A stretch of DNA of 28,672 nt, from positions 7,126 to 35,797 of the forward strand of contig CAVHSB010000001.1 in NCBI GenBank assembly GCA_963638635.1. The letters run 5' to 3'. Shown here one piece after another: positions 8,178-17,102 of the stretch. Source of the stretch: Flexilinea sp. GTDB lineage: Bacteria; Spirochaetota; Spirochaetia; Sphaerochaetales; Sphaerochaetaceae. The first letter of the stretch is position 1. Each line of letters starts with the position of its first letter. The notes below the pieces were generated by a model. It saw nothing but the letters and a program-made list of their open reading frames with translations. It searched no databases and was not told the origin of the DNA. The translations under genes were made by a program, and so were the position numbers.

Positions 8178-9902
8178 TTATGCAAATTGTGAGTTATAGA
8201 GCTCAGAGTAGAAGCCCTCGTTCTTGAGAAGCGTCTCATGGTCTCCTATCTCAAGTATATGGCCATCCTTCATTACGATTATGGCATCAGATGACTTGAT
8301 TGTAGAGAGACGGTGAGCAACTACAAAGCTCGTATGATCCTCCATGAGAGATGCAAAGGCTTCCTGTATAAACAGCTCTGTACGAGTATCGATTGAAGAG
8401 GTAGCCTCATCTAGAATTAAGATATCTGGCTCGGCAAGTATTACGCGGGCAATGCATAAAAGCTGCTTCTGACCAGCTGAAATATCCTCGCTCTCATCAC
8501 CTATAATCTCATCGTATCCATTTGGAAGAGACTCAATGAAGGTATCAATATGGCATACCCTAGCAGCTCTCTTAACCTCTTCATCTGTAGCATCAGGCTT
8601 AGCATATCTAATATTGTCTCTTATTGAGCAATTCTTAAGCCATGTCTCCTGGAGCACCATGCCATAGCTCTTTCTGAGGCTATCTCTCGTAACAGATCTT
8701 ATGTCCTTACCATCAATCTTAATGGAGCCTGAATCAACATCATAGAATCTCATAAGAAGATTAATAACAGTAGTCTTTCCACATCCAGTAGGACCTACTA
8801 GAGCAATCTTCATGCCCTTCTTTACATCTATTGAGAAGTTCTCGATAAGTCTTCTGTCCTTTACATATGAGAACTCAACATTCTCAATAGCTACATTGCC
8901 ATCAACATCCCGAAGCTCATCATTCTTCTCCTTTTCTTCCTCCTTCTCATCAATGAGATCAAAAAGGCGCTCAGCAGATGCTATAGCATTCTGAAGCTCT
9001 GTAAGAACTCCGGTAATCTCATTGAAAGGCTTTGTGTAGCTAGATGCATATGAGAGTATAGAGAATAGGCTTCCAACTGATAGATAGCCCATAAGCGCAA
9101 ATAAGCCACCAGAGAGTGCAACGCCAGTATATACAACACTGTTGACGAATCTTGTAACAGGATTTACGAGTGATGAGTAGAAGGTTGCGAAGAGTGAATA
9201 TCCCGCCCACTCCTTATCAAGCTCATCAAAGTGCTCTGAGCTGATTTTCTCTCTATTGAATAGCTCTACAACACCGCTTCCACTAATCATCTCATCCATG
9301 TATGCTGTCTGCTCGCCTCTTGCCTTGCTTTGCTTATGAAAGAGCGTATAGCTTCTCTTTGCTATAAAGGATGCAGTAAAGAGAGATATAGGCGTTACAA
9401 GAAGCACAACGAGAGCTACTACATAATTGATTGAGAATAGACAGATGAGAGTGCCTAATATTGTAAGAACACCAGTAAATAGCTGAGTAAAGCCCAGTAG
9501 TAGGCCATCAGTAATCTGATCTGCATCAGAGATTACTCTTGATACGATATCACCCTGAGGATGTGAATCAAGATACGAGAGCGGCAGATGCTGGATATGT
9601 GCAAATACCTCTTCTCTTATATTTCTAGATATCGAATAAACCAGCTTGTTATTAGATATCGACAAAAGATATTGAAACAAAGCAGTAAGTGCTGCAATTA
9701 CTACAAGTATGATCAATAGATTGAAGAACTCGCTCCACTCTAAAGCTGCAAGTGCATCAACTGCATCTCCGACAATCATAGGGAAGAACAGGGTCGATAG
9801 AACTGCCATCAAGGAAGAGATCAGGGAAAGAACAAGGAAGCCTCTATATGGCTTTATATACCCAAGGAGTCTTTTGATTACATGCTTCTTATTATTCATC
9901 AT
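8178..9902 (-). CDS. Heterodimeric ABC exporter subunit (TMD+NBD; consensus Walker B and H-loop)
   Basis: GPTGCGKT, signature ISAGQKQ, ILDEATS, AHRLS; six-helix N-terminal TMD. Confidence 0.95.
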   Translation of the reverse strand: MMNNKKHVIKRLLGYIKPYRGFLVLSLISSLMAVLSTLFFPMIVGDAVDALAALEWSEFFNLLIILVVIAALTALFQYLLSISNNKLVYSISRNIREEVFAHIQHLPLSYLDSHPQGDIVSRVISDADQITDGLLLGFTQLFTGVLTILGTLICLFSINYVVALVVLLVTPISLFTASFIAKRSYTLFHKQSKARGEQTAYMDEMISGSGVVELFNREKISSEHFDELDKEWAGYSLFATFYSSLVNPVTRFVNSVVYTGVALSGGLFALMGYLSVGSLFSILSYASSYTKPFNEITGVLTELQNAIASAERLFDLIDEKEEEKEKNDELRDVDGNVAIENVEFSYVKDRRLIENFSIDVKKGMKIALVGPTGCGKTTVINLLMRFYDVDSGSIKIDGKDIRSVTRDSLRKSYGMVLQETWLKNCSIRDNIRYAKPDATDEEVKRAARVCHIDTFIESLPNGYDEIIGDESEDISAGQKQLLCIARVILAEPDILILDEATSSIDTRTELFIQEAFASLMEDHTSFVVAHRLSTIKSSDAIIVMKDGHILEIGDHETLLKNEGFYSELYNSQFA

Positions 9903-11626
9903 TTTGCCTCCCTTGATCCAAATTGAGAGTTATAGATCTCTTTATATACCTGACAGCGCTGAAGCAATACCTCATGAGGAGCTATATCTACCATCTGGCC
10001 CTTATCGAGTACTACGATTCTATCCATAGCCAGAAGAGAGCTTGTTCTTTGAGAAACTACAATAAGAGTCCTATCAAGCTCCTTTATTGACTCTCTCAAG
10101 GCTGACTCTGTCTTATAATCAAGTGCTGATGCACTATCATCTAGTATGAGAATTGAAGCATTCTTCTTTGCGAGAGCTCTTGCAATGCTGAGTCTCTGGC
10201 GCTGGCCTCCTGAGAGATTTCTGCCTCTAGCCTCTACCATATAATCAAGCTTGCCTTCCTTCTTCTCGACAAACTCAAGTGCCTGTGCTCTTCTCAAAGC
10301 CTCATATAGCTCTTCATCTGTACTATCCTCACAGCCCCATTTGAGATTATCTCTGATAGTACCCTTGAAAAGCATAGCCTTTTGAGGAACGACAGCTATC
10401 TCATCTCTGAGAGCCTCTAAGCTCCACTCCTTTACAGGAAGCCCCAATACAGATACTTCACCATCCGTTGCTTCATAAACTCTCGGAAGAAGATTAACTA
10501 GACTGGTCTTTCCAGATCCTGTACCACCGATTATGCCTATCTTCTCACCCTTCTTTACACTGAAGTCGATATCTGAAAGTGATGGCTTACCCTCACCTGT
10601 ATAGCTTAGAGTAACATGCTTGAAGCTATATGCCTCAGCATTGCTCTTATCGCCAACCCTTCCATCCTTTGGAGATGTTATAGAAGGCTTCATATCAAAT
10701 ACAGACTGAATTCTCTCACCAGCTGCTATAGCTCTTGTAATAGTGATAATGAGATTTGCAAGCTTTACAAGCTCAACAAGAATCTGGTTCATGTAGTTTA
10801 CTAGGGCTATGATGGAGCCAGTTGCGATAAGATTGAGCTTATAGCGCTCGGATGCAAAGTAAACGATCACTATTACTGCGAAGTTTATTATTATATATGT
10901 GATAGGATTCAAAAGAGCAGATACATGACCTGATGTGATTTGCATATCATAAAGATCATCAAGAGCTTCCTTATATTCCTTCTTCTCCTCATTCTCCTTG
11001 CAAAAGGCTCTTATTACTCTTACTCCAGATAGATTCTCTCTTGTCTTTCCTGTGATTCTATCAAGACCTCTTTGTACCTTCTTATACATAGGAACTGTAT
11101 AGCGCATTATGAAATATACGATAACAGACAACAGAGGAATGATTATTACGAATATCCATGCAAGCGTGCTATCAACAGTGAATGCCATTACAGCTGCGCC
11201 AAGCACTACAAAGGGAGATCTGAGAAATAGACGCAGGAACATGTTTATTCCATTCTGCACCAATTGCGAATCGCTAGTAAGACGTGTCAAAAGAGTTGAA
11301 GCTCCAAGCTTATCTCTATCTATAGCGCTCAAGCTCTCAATATGCGCAAATAGCTCATTCTTCATCTTAAGAGCAAAGCCAGTTGCAGCCTTAGCTGAGA
11401 AGAATTGTGCTGTTACGGATGCAGCAAGGCCTAACAGACCTAGCGCTATCATCAAAAGAGCCATATGGATTATATGGCTCCTATCACCATTCTGGATTCC
11501 CACGTTGATAAGAGAAGCAACGCAAATAGGAACCAATAATTCGAATATGGCCTCTGTTAATTTAAAAAGAGGCGCAAAAAAGGCCTCTTTCTTATAGCCA
11601 TTGATAAATCTAAGTAGCTTTTTCAT
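9899..11626 (-). CDS. Heterodimeric ABC exporter subunit (degenerate-site partner, TM287-like)
   Basis: GGTGSGKT, LSGGQRQ, Walker B ILDDS (E to D) and switch SQR (H to Q); 4-bp overlap with the partner gene. Confidence 0.95.
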   Translation of the reverse strand: MKKLLRFINGYKKEAFFAPLFKLTEAIFELLVPICVASLINVGIQNGDRSHIIHMALLMIALGLLGLAASVTAQFFSAKAATGFALKMKNELFAHIESLSAIDRDKLGASTLLTRLTSDSQLVQNGINMFLRLFLRSPFVVLGAAVMAFTVDSTLAWIFVIIIPLLSVIVYFIMRYTVPMYKKVQRGLDRITGKTRENLSGVRVIRAFCKENEEKKEYKEALDDLYDMQITSGHVSALLNPITYIIINFAVIVIVYFASERYKLNLIATGSIIALVNYMNQILVELVKLANLIITITRAIAAGERIQSVFDMKPSITSPKDGRVGDKSNAEAYSFKHVTLSYTGEGKPSLSDIDFSVKKGEKIGIIGGTGSGKTSLVNLLPRVYEATDGEVSVLGLPVKEWSLEALRDEIAVVPQKAMLFKGTIRDNLKWGCEDSTDEELYEALRRAQALEFVEKKEGKLDYMVEARGRNLSGGQRQRLSIARALAKKNASILILDDSASALDYKTESALRESIKELDRTLIVVSQRTSSLLAMDRIVVLDKGQMVDIAPHEVLLQRCQVYKEIYNSQFGSREAK

Positions 11627-12177
11627 CTTATAAAATTCGTTCTGACTCTTTCTTCCTTATCATAGAGAGGAAGCCCAGCCTTCTTAAAGGCATTGATTAC
11701 ATATGACATATTATCGCCAAGAAGACGCATAGTCTGCATGCCTTCCTTATCCTCTCTTACCTCATCAGGTGTATTTCCATGCACCTGATTCCAATAGTTT
11801 GAAGATACGACAACCATCTCAGAGATTGTGAAATACTTATTAATTTGGTCAAATGTAGCACTTGCACCACCTCTTCTGCATGAGGTGACAGCTGCTGCAG
11901 GCTTCAATCTTACCTTCCCTGAGATTCTGTTAAAGAGCTCATCGAGGAATAATGTACATAGACCAGATGCTGATGCATAGTAAACAGGAGATCCTACAAC
12001 TAGGCCATCAGCCTCAGCTACCTTTCCCGCTATTTCGCTTATAGCATCCTTATCTGCTGTTGCCTGAATGATCTCATAATCAATTCCATGCTTTTTAAAG
12101 GAAGATGCAACCTCACATAGTGCTGTATATGTACAGCCATGCTCTCTTGGAGATCCATTTATAAGTATTACCTTCAT
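11623..12177 (-). CDS. Flavodoxin-like / NADPH-dependent FMN reductase (iron-sulfur flavoprotein-like)
   Basis: INGSPR..GCT, ADGLVVGSPVYYAS, SCRRGG, YWNQVHG, DKEGMQTMR. Confidence 0.88.
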   Translation of the reverse strand: MKVILINGSPREHGCTYTALCEVASSFKKHGIDYEIIQATADKDAISEIAGKVAEADGLVVGSPVYYASASGLCTLFLDELFNRISGKVRLKPAAAVTSCRRGGASATFDQINKYFTISEMVVVSSNYWNQVHGNTPDEVREDKEGMQTMRLLGDNMSYVINAFKKAGLPLYDKEERVRTNFIR

Positions 12178-12186
12178 ATATTACCT

Positions 12187-13764
12187 CTAGTATCTGCTAA
12201 GAATCGGAACAATCTTCTCTGACCCACAAGCCTTTAGGAAGGATGCAAGCTTAGGTCCCTTCTCTTTTCCTATAAGTGCAAGATAAACAGCTCTGAAGAA
12301 TGCACTGCTTTCAAGTCCGTTATCCTCTGCAGCCTTGTAGATATATGTACTGAACTCCTTCTCAGAAAGCTTATCCAAGTATTCAGCTACATAGCCAGCT
12401 AAATCCTTAACTGCCTTAGCTTCAACCTCTGTAAGATCTGCCTTATCATTTGAAAGTGAGAATTTGAACTCCTCTGGAGCATACATCTCAAGCCAATTCT
12501 TTGCGCACTTAAGTCTTACCTTAAGTCTCTTCCTCTGGCTCTCTGTTGCATCCTCAAATCTCTCCATAACAGCATCCACATCATTTGAATAGATCTGCAG
12601 ATAGTTGCATAGATGTCTGAATGGAATCTGGTAGCCAGGCTCTGCAGGAATCTTCTTATCATCAACCTGAGATAGCTCATAGATTCTCTTCTCCTTCTCA
12701 AGTCTCTTTTCATTTACAGGAAGGAGTCCGAAGTAGATTCTCTCAGTATTGTCATAGTCCTCATAGATTTTGAGAACATCCAAATCAAAGGAGATAGCAA
12801 ACTCACTCTGAGGTCTTGTACCAACAAATAGGTAACGAACGATCTCTGGAGGATATACAGCAAGAACATCATATAGGTCAGCAACCTCACCACCAGATGA
12901 AGATATCTTACCACCCATGCCTTTAAGCTTTATAAAGTCATAGCGCATTGTGACAGGAGCCTCACCGCCGAATACCTTTACGACATTCTTTGAGGTATCA
13001 TAGGAGCCACCCTCTGTCAGGTGATCCTTTCCACCTGGCTCGAAGTCAACCTTCTCTTCAGTCCATCTCATAGGCCAGTCAATTCTCCAAGGAAGCTTAG
13101 TATTAGGAGTCTCTCTGATATCTATAGTCTCTTCCTTGCCACATTCATCATCTCTATATGTGATCTTCCACTCACCATCCCAGCCTAGAATTGTGGTAGT
13201 ATCCTTATCTGTGAAGGATGAGAATACAGAAATTGGCCACCAATCCTCAGCAAGAGGCTCTGTTCTATATTCATTCAAAATAGCTCTGATTTCATCTCTC
13301 TTCTCAAGTGCTGTTCTGATGCCCTTAGCATATCTATTGTGTCTGTAGCGGTCTGCCTGGTATAAAAACTCTGGAAATACGCCTACTGTAGGAAGGATTT
13401 TCTCAACAGCGACCTCATTAGCTCTAGCGTAGTTCTCAGCTCTTCCTGTTGTATCTGGTACAAGAGTAATAGGCTTTCTAAGGTACTTAGCCAAAAGCTC
13501 TGGCTCTGGCATATTCTTAGGAACCTTTCTGAAAACATCATAGTCATCCCATGAGTAGATGAATCTTACGTTCTTACCCTTTTCTCTAAGAGCTCTGGTA
13601 ACAAGCTCTACAGTTATGATTTCTCTGAAATTACCAATATGAACAGTGCCTGAGGGTGTGATGCCTGATGCACATGTATACAACTCTTTATCGCCTTTTT
13701 CGCGAATGATCTTATCGGCCATAATATCGGCCCAATGTGTACTCTGAATCTCTTTTTCGCTCAT
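12187..13764 (-). CDS. lysK: Lysine--tRNA ligase, class I
   Basis: HWAD, SGITPSGTVHIGNFRE, WRIDWPMRW, FEPGGKDH, KISSS, and C-terminal GKEKGPKL. Confidence 0.97.
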   Translation of the reverse strand: MSEKEIQSTHWADIMADKIIREKGDKELYTCASGITPSGTVHIGNFREIITVELVTRALREKGKNVRFIYSWDDYDVFRKVPKNMPEPELLAKYLRKPITLVPDTTGRAENYARANEVAVEKILPTVGVFPEFLYQADRYRHNRYAKGIRTALEKRDEIRAILNEYRTEPLAEDWWPISVFSSFTDKDTTTILGWDGEWKITYRDDECGKEETIDIRETPNTKLPWRIDWPMRWTEEKVDFEPGGKDHLTEGGSYDTSKNVVKVFGGEAPVTMRYDFIKLKGMGGKISSSGGEVADLYDVLAVYPPEIVRYLFVGTRPQSEFAISFDLDVLKIYEDYDNTERIYFGLLPVNEKRLEKEKRIYELSQVDDKKIPAEPGYQIPFRHLCNYLQIYSNDVDAVMERFEDATESQRKRLKVRLKCAKNWLEMYAPEEFKFSLSNDKADLTEVEAKAVKDLAGYVAEYLDKLSEKEFSTYIYKAAEDNGLESSAFFRAVYLALIGKEKGPKLASFLKACGSEKIVPILSRY

Positions 13765-13771
13765 AATGACG

Positions 13772-13800
13772 ATTATGATTGATTAACTCTTATAATGCAA
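13772..13800 (-). promoter_or_regulatory. Promoter of the lysK operon (probably leaderless)
   Basis: TTGCAT(13800-13795)-N17-CATAAT(13777-13772)-N7-ATG; no SD. Confidence 0.65.
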
Positions 13801-13854
13801 GATTGCTAGATAATGGATTTTTTATCGTCTCATTATTATAATAGCAAATTAGAT

Positions 13855-14463
13855 ATGAAAAAGACCTTATCCTTGTTTGCGCTTTTGATGTTTGCAACTT
13901 TATCTCTTTTTGCCGAAAGAGCTTCTTGGTTTGTAAGTGATAGGGAAGAATATGTATTAGCAACAAGCGAGATCTTCTCCGATGAAGCTCATGTTGCAAG
14001 AAGCAATATATATTCTATTGGAGCTGTCTTAAGCATACATTCTGATAAGACAGGACTAGATTCTATCGTAATTGTCTCAGATAAAGTCCACGAGACAATG
14101 AATAGCGACACACTAGAGCTAAGCGCTGCACCTCTTAAGGAGCTAGGACTATTCAATACAAGTGGCGGGGATGTAACAATCAGCGTCATAAAAGAAGGGG
14201 ATAAGAAAGCTAAGAGTGATGAAGAGAGTGGCTGGTTTATGTATGTGACAGAGCCATATGACAATGCAGATGATTGCTTTATCGCATACTCTAGGCTTCT
14301 CAGAAATGGACTAAATCCAGCAATAGAAATGAATGATAGTCTTCTATATATTACAGTTAGACATATAAGAGAGTATCAGAGGGATGATATTGAGAAAAGG
14401 CTTGCGCTCTCTGGCATCGAGAATGCAGAATTGAAGGCAGAAGCTAATCCGTACCTGAGGTAG
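13855..14463 (+). CDS. Exported RlpA-like double-psi beta-barrel protein, divergent, with a possible SPOR-like C-terminus
   Basis: Signal peptide MKKTLSLFALLMFATLSLFA. ASWF..ATSEIF..KTG..VIVSDK..LELSAAPLKELGL parallels RlpA ASWY..TASGE.F..NG..VRINDR..IDLS.AA...LG. Confidence 0.55.
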   Translation: MKKTLSLFALLMFATLSLFAERASWFVSDREEYVLATSEIFSDEAHVARSNIYSIGAVLSIHSDKTGLDSIVIVSDKVHETMNSDTLELSAAPLKELGLFNTSGGDVTISVIKEGDKKAKSDEESGWFMYVTEPYDNADDCFIAYSRLLRNGLNPAIEMNDSLLYITVRHIREYQRDDIEKRLALSGIENAELKAEANPYLR

Positions 14464-14465
14464 AT

Positions 14466-15044
14466 ATGCTAGAGACTCTACTTAACGCAAGACTACCAAT
14501 CAGTGGCTGGCCCGTTATCATAATAATCATAATAACGCAATTCATATCCTCATATCTTGTTAACCTAATATCCTATAAGACTCTCAGAAATATCTATCCT
14601 TTATTCAGATCAAGGCCATTTGAGAAGAAAGGACAGATATATGAGAAGTACTTAAAGATAAAGCTATGGAAGGACTATATTCCAGCTGTTGGCTCCTTTG
14701 ATAAGAAATCAATGACAAGAGAGAAGATCAATGATGATTATATCTCAATGTATCTTCTTGAGAGCTTACGTGCAGAGCTATGCCACTTCTATGCAATACT
14801 ATTTGCTACAGTTGTGCTCTTCTGCACAGTACATGAGGAGTGGTTATTCATAATAATCTATACCTTTATTCTTAATATGCCATGCCTAATTATCCAGCGC
14901 TATAACAGACCACGCTTTGAGAGGATGCTCTCCTCAACCAGAAAAACAGGCCACCCTATGCTTACTGAGTTCTATTTAACAGAAGACAATAAAGCCAAGA
15001 GCGGCCGTGCTGAGAGAAAAGAGAGAAGAAAGAAGAACAATTAG
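14466..15044 (+). CDS. CrtO-family (glycosyl-4,4'-diaponeurosporenoate acyltransferase-like) membrane protein
   Basis: FEKKGQIYEK..KIKLWKD.IP, ESLRAELCH and NMPCLIIQRYNRPR match motifs of the CrtO family. Confidence 0.75.
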   Translation: MLETLLNARLPISGWPVIIIIIITQFISSYLVNLISYKTLRNIYPLFRSRPFEKKGQIYEKYLKIKLWKDYIPAVGSFDKKSMTREKINDDYISMYLLESLRAELCHFYAILFATVVLFCTVHEEWLFIIIYTFILNMPCLIIQRYNRPRFERMLSSTRKTGHPMLTEFYLTEDNKAKSGRAERKERRKKNN

Positions 15045-16207
15045 AAGTCTAAGAAGAAGGTAACGGATGTGCTTAATCTGTTATCTCCGATTGTGTACTT
15101 CTTTCCAACCAATAGGTATGCAACCTGGTAGCCGAGGTCAATGAAATCAAAGAACGTTACTGTAAATTGAGCACCAGCTGATGCTAGGTGGTTATTAGCA
15201 TAGATGTCTGTATTGTATTGCTTACCACATCCATAGCCTAAGTCGAAGAACAGATTGACTCTTGGAGCAAGTCCATGTACACCCATTTCTGGTCCTGCAA
15301 ATCTGATATCGAAATTATTTACGATAGTGAACTCTGAGTTATAGGTATAAGGATTGAAGCCTCTAACCTTTCTTCCAAGTGATGTAGGATACTCAACATA
15401 CTTTGGAATAGCTGTACCAGAGGTATAGTTTGCATTGAATCTATCTATAGCTGTAATGCTGAACCAATTCATGTTATCTGTTTTAACCTGGCATAGAGTA
15501 TAGGAGCCTACTGCATTAAAGGTCAGGGAGTAGTAATCAGCATACCCATCAAGTGCGCTGTTAATAGCCTTTGGCGCCCAAGCAGCCTCAATATATGATA
15601 CAAAGCCAGTATTTTTGAAGATATCGTCATGCATCATATCAAGCTTGAGCCTTATAAATAGCTCATTTGCAAGAAGCATATGGTTTCCATTTAGATCTGG
15701 ATATACCGCACCATCATAGTTCCCGCTTCCTCCTAGATACTCATTAAGGCTCACTACCTCATACTCATATGGAAGCTTCATCATCTTGCCCTTCTTCATA
15801 GAATCAAGTGCAGCCTCATACTTTAAGTTGTAGCCAACAGTCAATGATAGAAGATCCTTATCATCAACAGGTGATTCAGAGAAGCCCTGTACGAATCTGA
15901 AGGAAAGATCTGCACCTGCAACATCATAGATGATTGGATCAGCCTCCCGTAAAGTACCATTAAGAGGGTCTTGCCATAGTCTTCTATTCTGGTATCCACC
16001 ACCAGCTAATACCTGGAAATCTGTAGTATTACCTTCTATCAAGGAAAAACCTGTATAGCCTACCCCTGCAACTCCATAGGTTGGAACAAAGCCCCAGAGA
16101 ATATCTGGATGCTGACGAAGGGATGAGAATACAAAATGAATTGACGCCGATGAGGCAGACACGATGATAACTAATGATAGCAATAGAACTGCAAAAAGCT
16201 TCTTCAT
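15041..16207 (-). CDS. Omp85 (BamA/TamA)-superfamily outer-membrane beta-barrel without POTRA domains
   Basis: Signal peptide, alternating aromatic beta strands, loop-6 motif LGRKVRGF, LFFDLGYG, ASAG, and C-terminal Phe. Confidence 0.65.
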   Translation of the reverse strand: MKKLFAVLLLSLVIIVSASSASIHFVFSSLRQHPDILWGFVPTYGVAGVGYTGFSLIEGNTTDFQVLAGGGYQNRRLWQDPLNGTLREADPIIYDVAGADLSFRFVQGFSESPVDDKDLLSLTVGYNLKYEAALDSMKKGKMMKLPYEYEVVSLNEYLGGSGNYDGAVYPDLNGNHMLLANELFIRLKLDMMHDDIFKNTGFVSYIEAAWAPKAINSALDGYADYYSLTFNAVGSYTLCQVKTDNMNWFSITAIDRFNANYTSGTAIPKYVEYPTSLGRKVRGFNPYTYNSEFTIVNNFDIRFAGPEMGVHGLAPRVNLFFDLGYGCGKQYNTDIYANNHLASAGAQFTVTFFDFIDLGYQVAYLLVGKKYTIGDNRLSTSVTFFLDF

Positions 16208-16222
16208 AAAAACTCCGAGACT

Positions 16223-16231
16223 ATTATATCA
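16223..16231 (-). promoter_or_regulatory. Extended -10 promoter of the Omp85-like gene
   Basis: Minus strand TGATATAAT upstream of SD GGAG and the ATG at 16207. Confidence 0.5.
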
Positions 16232-16432
16232 AATAATTCTAATGAGTATTCAACGATTTAAGATAATTAACATAAATAATACAGTATTAAATGCTATTTT
16301 TTATTCTGCATCTCTATTTCAAGCTCCTCTGCAAGGCATGCATTCATGCGATTTCATTGTCTTAATGAGCTAATAACAGAGAAAATCAAGAGAAAAATAA
16401 CAAAAATATCAATTTATGATGCTTTATATATA

Positions 16433-16461
16433 TTGATTTGAATATAAATTTCCCATAGAAT
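16433..16461 (+). promoter_or_regulatory. Promoter of tRNA-Ile2
   Basis: TTGATT-N17-TAGAAT with A-tracts upstream; it ends 7 nt before the mature tRNA 5' end. Confidence 0.65.
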
Positions 16462-16468
16462 ATCCAAT

Positions 16469-16541
16469 GGGCCTTTAGCTCAGTGGTTAGAGCAAGGGAC
16501 TCATAATCCTTGGGTCGCGAGTTCAAGTCTCGCAGGGCCCA
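16469..16541 (+). tRNA. tRNA-Ile2 (anticodon CAU, lysidine-modified; reads AUA)
   Basis: Cloverleaf GGGCCTT/AGGGCCC-A; anticodon loop CTCATAA; T loop GTTCAAG; C4-G69 and C5-G68 TilS determinants; resembles E. coli ileX; paired 1:72 so not fMet; CCA is not encoded in register. Confidence 0.9.
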
Positions 16542-16548
16542 ACCAAGG

Positions 16549-16576
16549 AAATGGAGAGACACACTCTCCATTTTTT
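16549..16576 (+). terminator. Rho-independent terminator after the tRNA
   Basis: ATGGAGAG-ACACA-CTCTCCAT followed by a T run. Confidence 0.85.
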
Positions 16577-16591
16577 CTTGTCTTGATTATT

Positions 16592-16607
16592 GCAGATTTG
16601 CATCTGC
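16592..16607. promoter_or_regulatory. Candidate MarR operator
   Basis: Perfect inverted repeat GCAGAT-TTGC-ATCTGC overlapping a TTGCAT -35-like hexamer, about 40 bp upstream of marR. Confidence 0.4.
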
Positions 16608-16646
16608 TTATATTTTATATAACATATAGCTAAAGGGGACTAGCAT

Positions 16647-17102
16647 ATGAATGAAGCTACATTAGAGAGCATAGTTGTGCTCAATAATGCCATTTACAAG
16701 GATTTACAAGCAATCAGAGCATCTTTAAGCGACGAAGAGAATTTCAAGATAATGCATATCGTATGCCTCTATAGCATCGCAAAGTCAGATGATAACATCT
16801 ACTCTGCAACGCTATCTGATGTTGCACATCTAGATAAGGCAGCAATCTCTAGAGCACTGAAGGATCTTGAGGAGAATCATTTCATAAAGAAGAAATTCGA
16901 AAATGATTCAAAATACAAGGCAAAGCTCTCTTTGACAAAGAAGGGCAGAGAAGAAGCAGATAAAATACAATCAGCATTAGAAAATGCATCAAGCGTTATT
17001 CTATCCTCCTTCACTGACGATGAGAGAATTGCATTCATAGCCCTACTTGATAAATTCAATCTTGCACTAAAGGATTATAGAAGCACCTCAATTGACATGT
17101 AA
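16647..17102 (+). CDS. MarR family transcriptional regulator
   Basis: LDKAAISRALKDLEE..FI and LSLTKKG wHTH pattern; 151 aa; SD AAGGGG. Confidence 0.9.
   Translation: MNEATLESIVVLNNAIYKDLQAIRASLSDEENFKIMHIVCLYSIAKSDDNIYSATLSDVAHLDKAAISRALKDLEENHFIKKKFENDSKYKAKLSLTKKGREEADKIQSALENASSVILSSFTDDERIAFIALLDKFNLALKDYRSTSIDM

Noticed and set aside
8178..11626. Degenerate ABC motifs as a sign of pseudogenisation
   Set aside because: One degenerate and one consensus site is the normal design of TM287/288-type heterodimeric exporters.
12187..13764. Class I LysRS as a recent archaeal transfer
   Set aside because: Class I LysRS is the usual form in many spirochaetes.
13790..13999. 69-aa ORF upstream of lysK as a leader peptide or T-box
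   Set aside because: It is antisense to the RlpA-like gene, and the lysK promoter abuts the ATG, leaving no leader.
16336..16349. GCATG-CATT-CATGC hairpin as part of an ncRNA
   Set aside because: Only a 5-bp stem, with no other supporting structure, promoter or terminator.
16469..16541. tRNA-Met or tRNA-fMet call from the CAT anticodon
   Set aside because: It lacks the C1:A72 mismatch and the three consecutive G-C anticodon-stem pairs of fMet; the acceptor stem has Ile2/TilS determinants.
16164..16571. Short ORFs 16164-16373 (+) and 16386-16571 (-)
   Set aside because: They overlap promoter DNA or run antisense to the tRNA, and have no protein-like features.
16469..16650. tRNA as an integration site for a genomic island
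   Set aside because: No integrase, no duplicated tRNA 3' end seen, and the native terminator follows immediately.
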